Below are positions 47,001 through 58,990 of a DNA stretch of 64,000 nt, piece after piece. Position 1 is the stretch's first letter; every line of letters starts with the position of its first letter. Source of the stretch: Azolla caroliniana (taxonomy: Eukaryota > Plantae > Polypodiophyta); assembly GCA_043228905.1 (NCBI GenBank), contig JBHGNT010000007.1:18848001-18912000 (forward strand). Direction: 5' to 3'. The position numbers and the translations under genes were made by a program. The notes beneath the pieces are model-generated. The model ran no database searches and was not told the origin of the DNA. It saw nothing but the letters and a program-made list of their open reading frames with translations.

Positions 47001-50000
47001 ATAGGGACATCATGACGATGCAGACCCCTCTTGGCCTAGTTTGGATGTGTACCCTACCTCAGGGAGGTACCAATTCGGTAGCACACATGGTGAATGCAAT
47101 GAACAAGGTGCTGAGGGATTGCATCCCGGATAGCACCATGTCATTCCCAGACGATAAAGGCATGTCCGGAGGACACAAAGGAAGAATACGTTGGAATGGA
47201 TGAATGTTGGAAATTCGCCGCGGACCACATCTCCAATTGCAAGAAGATATTGCAGAGGCTTGAGGGTGCTTGTATTAGAGACGTGTACTAAAGTAAGCAT
47301 TAGATAAGGATAGATCTAGGTAGATAGAAAGAAAGGAGAGAGAGAAAGAAGGGTGCCGATCCACCCAACCACCCCCGAGCGAAGGGATCGAGACGGACTT
47401 GAGCCTCGATTGGCGTCCCATACCACCGCCGTGGTGTCGAGTCGTACCTGGTGCTGGCACGCTCGCTACAAGAGTTGACCCACCACAAGACAAAGTCTCG
47501 ACGTAGTCAACAAGATAATGAAATGAGGGTAGCTAGGCCTCTATTTATAGCGATACCCAAGGCCCCGAACCATGTTCACACTTGGCCTAATGGGTTGTCT
47601 CAATCCCGAGGATTTAAAAGTAATCCTCCCCTTCTTTACACTCTCGTTTAACCCTCACACTTATCCATGTGTATAGAATACTACAGTAAATTCTCACCAC
47701 GGGATATTATATGGTCATGCCTGTAACAACTCGGCTTACCTTCTCCAAGGAGAAGTCTACATTCTACATTTGGACAATCAGAGGTCTTGGTGGTCAGGCA
47801 CCTATGCGAACCTTACGGCCGGAAACCATATCTGACCAAGGTAGAGGCCATCTCGACGATGAAGGAAGAATGCAGGTCGGTCACGAAAGTCTGACGGTTC
47901 TTGGGTGCGTGCGCCTTCTACCACATTTGGATTCCCCATTACGCGCATATCATTGAGCCACTCTATGGCTTGCTGAAGAAAGGGCAGAAATTCAAATGGG
48001 GCAAAGAGCACATGGAGGTGGTTTGAAGAGTAAAGGAGATGTTGACGGCGGCCCCGACTCTCCGAAAAGTGATGTACAAGAAGGACGCTCCGATTTACGT
48101 GATAGTCAACACGAGTCCGACCAGAATCGGATGGAAGATCAACCAGGAGGACAAAGTCAGAATGTGATTCGTCATCTGGTTCAGAGCACAGGTCCTAAGC
48201 GAGGATACACCCAAGTTAAGCGCAAGTTGTGGGGTATCGTTTCGCTAGTGAAGGCCGATAAGGATTATTTAATCGGGACGGAGGTAATAATCAAGATGGA
48301 CTACCTTCTGATCTCGAGATGGTATTCGGATGCGCGACTCTGGACATGGCGATGCTCAAGTGGATCACGTACATCAAGTCCCTGAACCCAGAGATACAAC
48401 AAATCTCTGGAAAAGACAATACCATGGCCGATATGTTGTCGAGAGCACAATACAACAACATGGACAACATGGTATCAAAGGATGAAGAAGTCAACGTAGA
48501 CTTATTTGAGTCGGATCGAATGTCGGCGAACAAATGGAGCACTCCGGCCCTAAACGAGTTCGACGAGAATGACTACAACGAAGAGTGGCTTCTTATAGGA
48601 AGGTTCCTGAACACAATGGTGACTGATGTGGCCAGTCGAATCCAGAAGAAAGCATACAAGTTCTTTCTATGGGGAGGGAAGATATGGCGGCATCCGAAGA
48701 AGCGAGACGACACACCACTCGGGGTGGTGACACGAAAAGAGGACCAATCAGTGCTGGTGTCATAATTCCACGAGAGCCCCTGGCCTGGACACCGGGGGAC
48801 ATGGGCCACATTCGAGAAGTTGAAGGAGAGATACTAGTGGCCGGGAATGTATTGAGATGTGAGAGCTGCCAGATGCATTCGGTGATCCGGCACCGGCACG
48901 AGTTGCACCCAACCTACCCGTCAACCATTCACTTCAAGTGGATGGTCCATTTAGAAATGATGTCGATGGGGGTAGGGCAGATGTGGTACCTAGTGCTTGG
49001 GAGAGAGGACCTGATGAACTAGGTGGAGGATCGGGCCTTAACGAACAAGACAACTACCGTAGTATGCCGGTTCCTGATCGAAGGCGTGGTCTGCTAGTAT
49101 GGGTGCGTTGGGAGGATAGTAGCCAACCGAGGGGAGCTAGACACGCAAGAACCAAGGAGCTATTCGACCAACTAGGGGTCAAGCTTTCCCTCACAACGAC
49201 ATACAATCGAAAGGCCAACGGGAAGGTCCAAAGAGGGCACGAGCCGATCGTCAAGGTGATTGTCAGAGCATGCGACCGACGGGTTGGCAACTGGCCGAGA
49301 CTCCTACCTTATGTGCTATGGGCCGGCCAAACTATGCACAGCTCGGTGAACGGGTACATGCTAGCCGAACTCATATTCAGACAGAAGCCGATCATACCGG
49401 TAGAGTGGACGATAACTTCATGGATGACGATTGACTAGTCGGACGAAATGAGTCGGGAGGAGCTGCTAGCGACACAGATACGACAGCTCAAGTGAAGGCC
49501 GGAGGACGTGGAACGAGCGACGACGAGGGTGGTGGAAGAGGCGAGGAAGAAGAACAAGGGGTGGTTCAACAGGACACACCGCGTTCGGCCGAAGAAGGTC
49601 AAGGAAGGCGACTGGGTGTTGGTTTACGACAACAGCCTCGACAACCAGCACCGGTCGACCCAAAAATTTGCGCAGGCAGTGCTTCGGGCCATATGTGGTG
49701 ACGAGCATCAACGACAATGCAACCTATCAACTTGCAGAGTTAAACAAGATGAGAATAGCGATACCGATGGTGGGAAAGCGGATAAAGGCCTTCAAGAAGC
49801 GACATGAAGTGGAGGTAGAGGTCAGAAGCGCCAATGAGGGTGAGGAGTCGGATGAGGACCGAATCGACGACAGTTCGGGAGAGGACGAGTGAACACCGAC
49901 CTAGAATCCCCATCGCTTCACTACCTGACACATGTCAGAGGATGTGCAATTTGGTGGGGGTGGATGTCATGAAGGATTCCGTCCATAGGAAGAAAAGGAG

Positions 50001-50847
50001 TCGGATGTGCGTGAACAGGGGTGTGCACGAATGCATACGAAACTGTCTTTATGTATAAACATGTATAAATAACATAATATTAGTTCGTCTGTTGATGAAT
50101 ACTAGGTAGGTATGATTTAATAGGTACTTTATGGTCACACGAGTAGAGGAATAAAGGCGATTGAGGGGAGGAGATCGAGGAGAGAATCGGGGGACAGAAA
50201 GTGGTTGTCTTAACAACATGATATAACGATCTCTCTCCTTGAGCTATAAAAGGAGGGAGAGAAGAATAAAGAAAGGATCCATTGTTTGGAGGTCGAAGTG
50301 TTGTCGGTTTGCGATCTGGGGTTCTGTCATTCTCTCTGTTTCTGCTTTGTACTGATTCAGGAATAAGGTGAGGCCTCTGCTCGCGCAGGAAGCCCATGTG
50401 CTCCCGACCAGAGGCTCATCATTCTGTGTGTGTGTGTGTGTCCAGAGCTCGAAGCTCTGTTGTCGTCCGCGTCTAGATCATAACCCCCTCCCTGTTTAGA
50501 GTTTAATAGAATACATTTGTTGTTCTTTTCAGGAGTTTCCTGTGTTGTTGCATTCGACCTGCTTTATCTTGTCCCTTGCATCCGTGTGTGCATACCTGAG
50601 TGCACTAGCCCGTGGGCCCGTTGTCCGCTATCTGACGGCAGTTCCAGAGCAGTGTGCGTGTCCGAGCCCATGTGCTCCTCATCCCGACATCCGGAGACTG
50701 GTCCGGATCGGATACGTGTCCAGGTCACGCTCCGACGAAGCTATCCAGGAACCGATCTGGATAATCTCTCTTCCCTTACCGGCTCCTTGGTTTGAGACCC
50801 CGGTGGTCTTGCCCCGTTTCAACACATACTTGCAGAAATCTGTGACA
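47001..50847 (+). mobile_element. 5'-truncated Ty3/gypsy (RT-RH-IN plus 3' LTR 49965-50847), TGTCRYGA family
   Basis: RT motif MCTLPQGGTNSVAH, RNase H remnants, and integrase (GH.G...T, CESCQ, ANGKV.RGH, FGPY). The PPT-like TTGGTGGGGGTGGA resembles that of the 41241 element. LTR ends TGTCATGA...TGTGACA. Confidence 0.88.
47273..47728 (-). mobile_element. Probable solo LTR inserted in the gypsy RT
   Basis: Removing it restores LEGARLTFSKEK. Degenerate TSD GCTTG/ACTCG. Ends ...TGTAACA. Minus-strand CTATAAATAG. Confidence 0.6.
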
Positions 50848-50989
50848 ATGTGGAAAACCCTGAAAGGGAAAATCCACGAGAGTCCACAAACTCCAAACAA
50901 TATCACTATGGTAGGAGGAAATACACGGGAGACTCTAAGGCAACAACCTTGAGCTCCTCTTCGTCTGGTGACGGTTACAACAGAGTTAC

Positions 50990-51035
<46 letters not shown>

Positions 51036-51698
51036 CTCACTTAGTTACTTAGGCAACTACCAACAACAACTTTGTATATATGATACAAAATGATTTGCCC
51101 TAGTTGTATTCATATTAATACAACTTTATGGCTATTTACCATTCTAGCCCAAATAGGCGCAACAAAACCTATTTACAAATATGACCTTTTCTGGATACCG
51201 ATCTAGATCTGGATCCGATCTTTCTTCTTCCTTGGATCCAACTGATCTAACTCATGCTCTTCTTCCAATCCGACTCGATCTCCTTCGAAGTTGGTTCTCT
51301 TGACTCCGATCGGGCTCGTGCTTTCTTCCCATCCGGAGGGACCTGTTTCCTAATATATTGTTACCAAGTTGTTGCCTTGAGGCATATGTACTCCTCTAGT
51401 GAAAACTAGAGAGGTTGTACTTGGTTATACTCAAAGCATAGTGAAATTATTTGGACCTTTTAGGGTTCCCCACGGACCTTTAAGGTCCTGTGGTTTCTCT
51501 CGATTTGGGTTTTCCACGTAAAATCCGATGTCCTCAAATTTCTGTTTTTGGTTGTGTCTGAAGGTCCTGTGGTTTTTCCCGATTTGGGTTTTTCCACGTA
51601 AAATCCGGTGTCCTCAAATTCCTGTTTTTGGTTGTTGTCTGTTGTTAATTGAGTTGGTAATCTAAGCTAATCCCGATTCATCCTAGAGTTCGCTAACA
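50848..51698. mobile_element. Copia-type LTR remnants
   Basis: GGGTTTTCCACGT motif on the minus strand at ~50848-50860 and twice on the plus strand within a 79-bp tandem duplication (51482-51640). (CT)n tract. Ends CGCTAACA. Confidence 0.55.
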
Positions 51699-52946
51699 CA
51701 TCACACATTTTCTCATTTTCAGAGACAATTAAAGAGTTAAAGAGGGGCATTGGGAAAGGTACTAAGCAAGACAAACAATATGGTTTCAAATGGAGAAGAA
51801 ATCTTTGAAGCAGGTAACAGTTACAAAAAGAGGCAAAAATGCCTGCTGTTATTATGCATTTACAGGAACCAGAAAATTTGTGCCCTGTGATGCAGAGAAC
51901 AGTGTTCATAAAAAAGCCATGGCAATATATATATGCATTAGGGTTCTGTGTAGATGTTCCAGTATCATCCAAGAAAGAAGGTGAACCATAATTTGTCAAT
52001 TCTTCTCATAAAGAAATAAGGAAATACAAAAGTAGATATACTCAAGAGGGCGTATGTCAAGAGGTTTTGGGAGAATCTCAAAGAAAGACAGTGGAATCCA
52101 CAAGAAGTTGATACTCAGATGGCTTCAAAGAAGAGGAATTGTGTGAATCTGATGGAGAGACAAGGAAAATCATGAGATAATCGATACTCAAAAATCATGA
52201 GAGACAGGAGAAGATTCACAACGATGCAAATACACACTCCTTGTCGATGGAGGAGTCACTTGAAGATTCAAGAATGGACTGTTCACTGTCTGATAAACCA
52301 GAGAAACCTGGTGAGGAAATTGTTAGGGTAAAATTGAGGCATCGGCCTGCTTATAGAGGTGTGTACTTGGACTCTTCACAAATTTCAGTCCTCATGTTAT
52401 AACCCTACTACAAAGAAGCATGCCTACAAAGAATGAATGCTCCTGATGTACATTTTATGTGCTTAGCAAAAAATTTATTGTGAATAAATGGATGTTGGAT
52501 GCTCATCCATGATTGCCTATCGGTGAAACGAGAGTTGGAAGATTGACATGGTTCTCAAAGGATCAACATATCCTAACGACATTGTATTTTATTAATTGTG
52601 GATTAAATGATCTTCGAGTATTTCTGATTGCATGAACCAGTGGATTGACAAGACTCTGCATATACATAGTTGATTTGACCTACTTTCAAAGTTTTGATTA
52701 AACATAGAATCAGAAAGAGTGAAGAGTCCATCGTTGGCACTCAATCAAAATCAGAGATGCAATGCTATTCTATTAGGGCTTTTAGGGATGAATTCCAATT
52801 TAATTTTTCTCTCACCATGTAAACAACATTCCCTTAGGGTCAACATGTTTTCATAAGAAGGCATTTGAGGTACAGTGGTCAAACGAATAACCAGCCAGTT
52901 TTGTTGATTGAATTAAGAAACGTTATGTTCACTTTCGGAGCTCCCA

Positions 52947-53084
52947 TTTAATGTTTGATGATCATTGATGAGTATCAATATGAATTCTCAATCTTGGACT
53001 TAAAGAGATGTTCTCTTTAATGTTTGATGATGAGTATCAATATGAATTCTCAATCTTGGAGTTAAAAAGAGGTGTTCTCTTTAA
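52947..53084. repeat. ~69-bp tandem duplication
   Basis: TTTAATGTTTGATGAT...GTTCTC occurs twice. Confidence 0.8.
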
Positions 53085-53629
53085 AGCTTAAAAGAGCTTC
53101 ATGGGCAAATCTTATAAAAGCTTTAGTATTGTGTACTCCATAGTTTAGTTCTTTTTTCTAGTTTTTAGGATTTGCATATTGATGATGTCTCATTATAGCA
53201 TTGTGATATTTCCTGCATTAGCCATTGGAATGATTGCCTTGAAAATGAAAGAAAAGCCTCATGCGTGTGTGTGGAAGGTATTTTACTAAAAAAGAATGCA
53301 TTCTTCCATAGAAGCTCAATTTTAGGTACAATGGGAGAAAATCACATAAAAAACAAACAACCAGAGAGCCTACATATACCCCAAACACTAAATTATATAC
53401 ATGGCCAGAAGGATATATGGTGGTGGTGTTAGGGTAAAAAATATGGAAGCCATGTCTACTGTAAGTACATATAATATATATATAGTGAAACATCACCTCA
53501 AGACTGGATTATGATAAATGCATATAGAGTTTATATCCTACATAGGGGTGATTTAAATTCTTATTTAGAAAATATGCATGCATGCATGGTATGTATGTAT
53601 GATAAATCTGTTGAATGTTATGGATCTAT

Positions 53630-54931
53630 TTAACGAGGGGCGACCGTGGGTGGGATCCAGCTGGTGGTGACGCTCGGATTCGTGGTGAGAGGGGCGGTCT
53701 CTCGCTCGCCCGGAGGCGGCTCAGCCGTGAATTTGTTGGGCTTTTGGGCATCGAAAAGGACTACGTGGTCGGGAATGAGGCCACGGGTCTGGGAAGCACT
53801 ACTCGTAGTAGCCGTGGTAGAATTCTTCATCACGGGCACACCCTTCATCATTATTCCGGAGCAGTTCTGCCTCCTCCGACGGCAAAGACATAACAAAAGG
53901 CATAGCAAAAGCCCGGCCCCGACCACCGCCCCGGCCACCGCGATCCCGATCTTTGCCCCCGTGCTCAACCCACCATGGTGTCCATCCTTCGAGTGTGACC
54001 CATCCTCTCCACCATTCACTAAACCTCCGACTCCTCCTCCGCTCCCCGTGATGGACACCCCGAGGCTCGTAAACACGTCAGTGCTCGGGTTCGTCGTGAA
54101 ATTCCACCCCGAGATGTTGTACACTCCAGCGGCCGCCACGAACCCCACATATGGGTCCTCGGAGAAGAGTCCCTCCAATTGATCCGACACAGAGAAGTTG
54201 AGAACCCGAGGGCCGCCTCCGCACGTCGGGCTCCCCACTAGAAGCTCCTCGGATGTCGCATTGTACTCCACCACCACTTGGTAGAAGTAGTTAGGGTATG
54301 AATTAGGGTTGGGGATGGAGCACGAGTTTCGGTTTACACTCGTGTCGTTATGGGACCACTTTGTCCCGTTGAAGTCCCAAGTGAATTGCGGACCCGGCAA
54401 GGCCGAACTGTTGATGTAACCAACCACCCCAAATTGACCAGAGCCGCCCGGCCCAAATCCATTGTAGTTCCAACCATGGGAGCCTCCGCGGTGTCCATTG
54501 GAACTATCACCCCAAGAAGAAAAGGAGTGGTTTTCGGGGTTCAGATCGGCTCCTCCACACACAGTCGCAAATTCGATGGAAATCCCCTTTTCGGCCTCGG
54601 TCAGATTCCCGGGCCCCGGGACGATCACGAAGGCTAATGTTCCACTGGTCGAATTGGACAAAAAGGTGAAAACCGTGACAAAGGATTGGAGGGTTTTGTT
54701 GGCCGAATTGTAGATGGCCACGGGGGACACATAGAGCGCCTCGGCGGAGGAGGAGGTCGCATTGAGAATGAAGTATCCATTGTTTGATGTGTCTACATTG
54801 GTCGAGGAATTGAGTAGATCCGATCTAGACGAGTAAGAGAAAGATGGCACAGAAGCAGCCGACACGGAAGATGACCATGGCGCGAGTGCCGCAATTACAA
54901 TGAGTATGCGCACTACTACCTTATTCATCAT
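53630..54931 (-). CDS. L-type (legume) lectin-domain receptor-like membrane protein without kinase, 433 aa
   Basis: Intact, GC-rich single ORF. Signal peptide, then lectin-fold motifs (SFVTVFTF, LAFVIVP, IEFAT, VVVEYN, YVGFVAAAG, ISGWNF), many N-glycosylation sequons and a Gly-rich stalk. TM helix after LSTGAKIGIAV, basic stop-transfer RRRR and a ~80-aa tail. Confidence 0.85.
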   Translation of the reverse strand: MMNKVVVRILIVIAALAPWSSSVSAASVPSFSYSSRSDLLNSSTNVDTSNNGYFILNATSSSAEALYVSPVAIYNSANKTLQSFVTVFTFLSNSTSGTLAFVIVPGPGNLTEAEKGISIEFATVCGGADLNPENHSFSSWGDSSNGHRGGSHGWNYNGFGPGGSGQFGVVGYINSSALPGPQFTWDFNGTKWSHNDTSVNRNSCSIPNPNSYPNYFYQVVVEYNATSEELLVGSPTCGGGPRVLNFSVSDQLEGLFSEDPYVGFVAAAGVYNISGWNFTTNPSTDVFTSLGVSITGSGGGVGGLVNGGEDGSHSKDGHHGGLSTGAKIGIAVAGAVVGAGLLLCLLLCLCRRRRQNCSGIMMKGVPVMKNSTTATTSSASQTRGLIPDHVVLFDAQKPNKFTAEPPPGERETAPLTTNPSVTTSWIPPTVAPR

Positions 54932-55318
54932 TGCTAAGGCTCAACAGCAAGCCAAAGGAAAGCAAAAAAGCAAAAAGAAAAAACCAAAGGAGGAAGCGTA
55001 AGGGAGAAAGGTTAGCAAAAATGAGGACAAGAGAAAGGGTGAGTGATCTCCTCTTCTTGATTTGGGAAGCCTTTTCTTGACTTAAAATCTTAAAATCTTC
55101 TTGACTAGTCCATACCCCCCCTCACAAGCCACCTAAGACCAAGTCTCATGGACTCGGAATTCCATACCAATGCATCAGACAACCCCACATGCCCTAAAAT
55201 AACCCATATAACCCCGCATCCATAGCTCCATTGATTCATAACTTTGGACCAGTCATGCTAGCTCCGCGTTACTTTAATGTAGTAGACTAAGTTTGTTGCC
55301 ATGAGTTACCGTTTTTTA

Positions 55319-55522
55319 TGTCTCTCATAGCATTCACATGTAAGGTTCCTTTACATCAGATCATTCTCGTATAGAAACCTAATATTGTATCTTTGGATCA
55401 TTTATTTATGTAGTTTATGTTTTGTCTCTCATAGCATTCACATGTAAGGTCCCTTTACAACAGATCATTCTCGTATAAAAACCTAATATTGTATCTTTGG
55501 ATCGTTTATTTATGTAGTTTAT
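55319..55522. repeat. 104-bp tandem duplication upstream of the lectin gene
   Basis: TGTCTCTCATAGCATTCACATG... occurs at 55319 and 55423. Confidence 0.85.
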
Positions 55523-58500
55523 ATTGTATGTGGGAAACCTCAACATGTTTAATTTAGGGGCCCATTATATAGGATCATGTGTCTTTACACTCTTCGCTTC
55601 ATTTGTCCATTATAGTGTTTGTATGTACTAGTGAGGCATGTGACCGTCGATCAAGTGACATCTAGGTTGTTGCATAGAATATAATCACTCTATATTGTGT
55701 GAGACCATATCACCCATTTGTTTCATATTGGGTTTCATAGAGATACCCCCCTCTTTTATTGGATGATGTATTCAATTTTTACGTTTGGTATGTGAATGTG
55801 ATATGGGCCCTTCAGTATTGTAGCTTCCTCAATTTCTAAATGAGGCCATTCGTGCAGTATTAAAAGACTATTATTGTTGCTTGCGCATCTTTGAAAGCGT
55901 ATAGTCACAATGATATATGTCCCACTACCACGATTCACATATAATAGTCTTTAATAGAGACGTTTCACAAAGCCAATTTCACAATTTCAAGAATCAACAC
56001 CATCAAATATGGAGAGGAATAGAATAACTTTTGGACCTTCTTTTTCTATACAATAGCTAGAGAATAACACGATGTAAAATTCTTGGGCATCTAGAACTAT
56101 ATTATTTTTTGTAGTTGTTCCTTTCTATTTGATATAGACGGGAACTTCAATATATAAGTTTAGAACGGTCCCATTATAACAAAGTCTACCTTTGACTAGT
56201 ATGCCTAAATATAAAAATCAATGATGACATTGTTGTTGCAAGAGTGATGTCCAAGTGGTATCATCAACATTAAGGTTCCATTCACATTCACCATTGTTAC
56301 AGTAGAATTGATCATCGTTGTTTTTACCACATAGTTTGACAATTAAGTCATAGTGGTGACAACTACGGTCTTGATGGGTGTCGGAACCAACAAAAATCTT
56401 TAAAATACACTTGAGTTATCCTTTATGTTCCCAAAATGACCCTAAAATTGAATCGTTACCCAAATGGCCATGATCAACCCCCTAGAAGAGGGGATTAATT
56501 GATAATATAAATAGTTCAAATAACATATAAATGCTCTTTTTAGGGTCTGCCCCCAAGGGCCATTTGTTAAAATAAAGGAAGATTGTAGCATGTTTTCAAT
56601 GGTTTTCCTTCATTTAAACCCAACACTATTGGATAGGTTTGCAATTCCAAGGAAAGTAGAGAATTTTGACACGTCCGCGCAGAATTGGTCGACACACAAT
56701 TTTGTGTTGATAACATTTTGACAATTACACAAACTTGTAGTTTAATACAATTTTTGGAACTTTGTAAGATTTCCACGTATGGGCAATGAAAAAGTATTTT
56801 CAACAAATTCTTGATGGGGAGAAAAAGCACAAAGCAATAGCCACGATGGAAATCAATATAGAGCAATTACAGGAAACTTAACGATGCAATTTATTTCTCC
56901 AAAATCTAACTCGAGATTCAATGAACATTCTCTCTTTGCTTGTGATAGAGGAGTATGCCTTATGAAAGTTCACAAAGACCATGGTCATTGGTTATTACAT
57001 TGTATCATGTAGGATTGTTTTTAATTTATCGTATTGGCCTTACAATGACATTCTTACTTTATCCATGGTTTAGTGATCCTTAGAAAAGAGGCTAATGCGA
57101 AGAAACTTAAAAAGTGTCCTCTTTTCTACCTCTTACATTTCTAACAAACTTTTATTAGGAGATTTACATTATCATGCCAACAACCAAAACATGGCATACT
57201 TGTGGGACAACATCATCATGGATATAACATAGGACAATAAAATTTTGAAAATAACCCCAACATTACCTACGTTGGAGATATCCTTGGAGCGCGATGAGTT
57301 AATCCTAACGGGGAGGGGTTCAGTTTATCCTCAAAGCAAGATTAATAATTTTCCTTCTAAGATCAATGTCATGAGTTTCAAACATGGATTCCAACCAATT
57401 GCCTCGAGTACACATTGATATCCAAGCCCCACTAACATATTAACTACAATCCAATGTCAATTCATCTACCTAACTGCAATTTATGTCGCTTGTCATTTGG
57501 GAGGGAGGTTAGGTTTCTTTGAGTGATGTTTTATTGGAAGCACCATGCTCAAACCTCTTATCCATACTTCTCTAAGGGCAATCTACACATGACCGGAGCT
57601 TGATTGTAGGGCAAGCACTCACATAATCGTTATCTAAATTGTTATTCACAAGAAAGCAATAATTGATTTTGACATAGCACATTAATTAAACGACAAGAGT
57701 ATGTGGAGCATAATACAACAATATATTGAATGGAACAACAATGTGTAAAACAAGTGTACAGAGATTAAACTTAGATAATTTATCTCTAATGTATTTTTGT
57801 ACATCATGTGCCCTATAGAAGGTTTTTATATGTATGTTTGGGCAAGTCACTAGGAGATATATTATACATACGTTTTTGAAGATTATGGAAGAATAGGGTA
57901 ATACTCAAGAGCATAGCCTAACCCAAAATCTTTATGCACAAAGTAGATAAGACACCACGAAAACGAATCACATTTAGACACAAATGAAAGAAAATTGAAC
58001 CTTCTCATATTTATTTGTAATGTTACATGTACGATCAGGGCAAAAATTCGATGGGTGTCATGCCCGTCAAAAATATACACTTAATAAAAGTGTCCGTCAA
58101 GTGACATACAAAGTTTCAATTTCCATTTTCATGTGAATGGCCCCTAAAAATTATACATGTCAAATGACATGCTAAAATTCTATTTTCTATGTCATGACTC
58201 ATATATATTATAGGGAAAAGTACCAGGATACCCTTGGAGTTCGTCTATTTACCAGAATGCCCTTGAAAGTTCCAAATTTACCAAACTACCCCTATGTCCA
58301 AAATTATACACTTTATAAAGTAATTATAAAGTAATTCTTTATTCTTTTCATCCATATTTGCTCCTTTTCCCCTACCTTCTTCTATTGGCTTCTTCTTTGT
58401 TTCATATCTCTTTCATGGCACCTCTTCTCCTTCAACCCTCTTTCGTTTCTCTTCCATTATAGCCTTAATAGGCATAAGTCTAGGATAGTTTGAATGGCTC

Positions 58501-58644
58501 ATCCCAAACAAGTCTTAACGAATTCTCTTATCAACATCTCGTTAAGTCTTCCTAAGTAAAAGTTTCTTGTCCTGCATATTTTAGAACATTTTGACAAGAA
58601 CCGAAGGTTTTTCATGAAAATTAGCTACCTCAATGCTGGCACTT

Positions 58645-58990
58645 ACAAAAAATGTTACATGCCAGCCTCTCTCTCTTTGCATCGACTTCATCCATGACCT
58701 TTCTTCATCCCCACCATTCCTCGATTTGGGAGAAGTGGTAAGACATATTTCAAATGAATGGATCAAACCTTTCTTTTAAGAAGACTTTGTTAATTTGTTG
58801 CGCTGCTCCGAAGCTACAACAATCCTACAAAATGTTACATGGCAGGCTCTCTCTTCGCATCGACTTCATCCATGACCTTTCTTCATCCCCACCATTCCTC
58901 AATTTGGGATAAGTGGTAAGACATATTTCAAATGAGTGGATCAAACCATCTTTTAAGAAGATTTGGTTAATTTGTTGGTCTGTTCAGAAG
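58645..58990. repeat. ~178-bp tandem duplication
   Basis: AAAATGTTACATG...GAAGCTAC occurs twice with few mismatches. Confidence 0.8.

Noticed and set aside
56555-58146. Possible PIF/Harbinger element with GGGCCATT/AATGGCCC ends
   Set aside because: Only ~8 bp of inverted match, with no clear TSD and no transposase remnant recognised.
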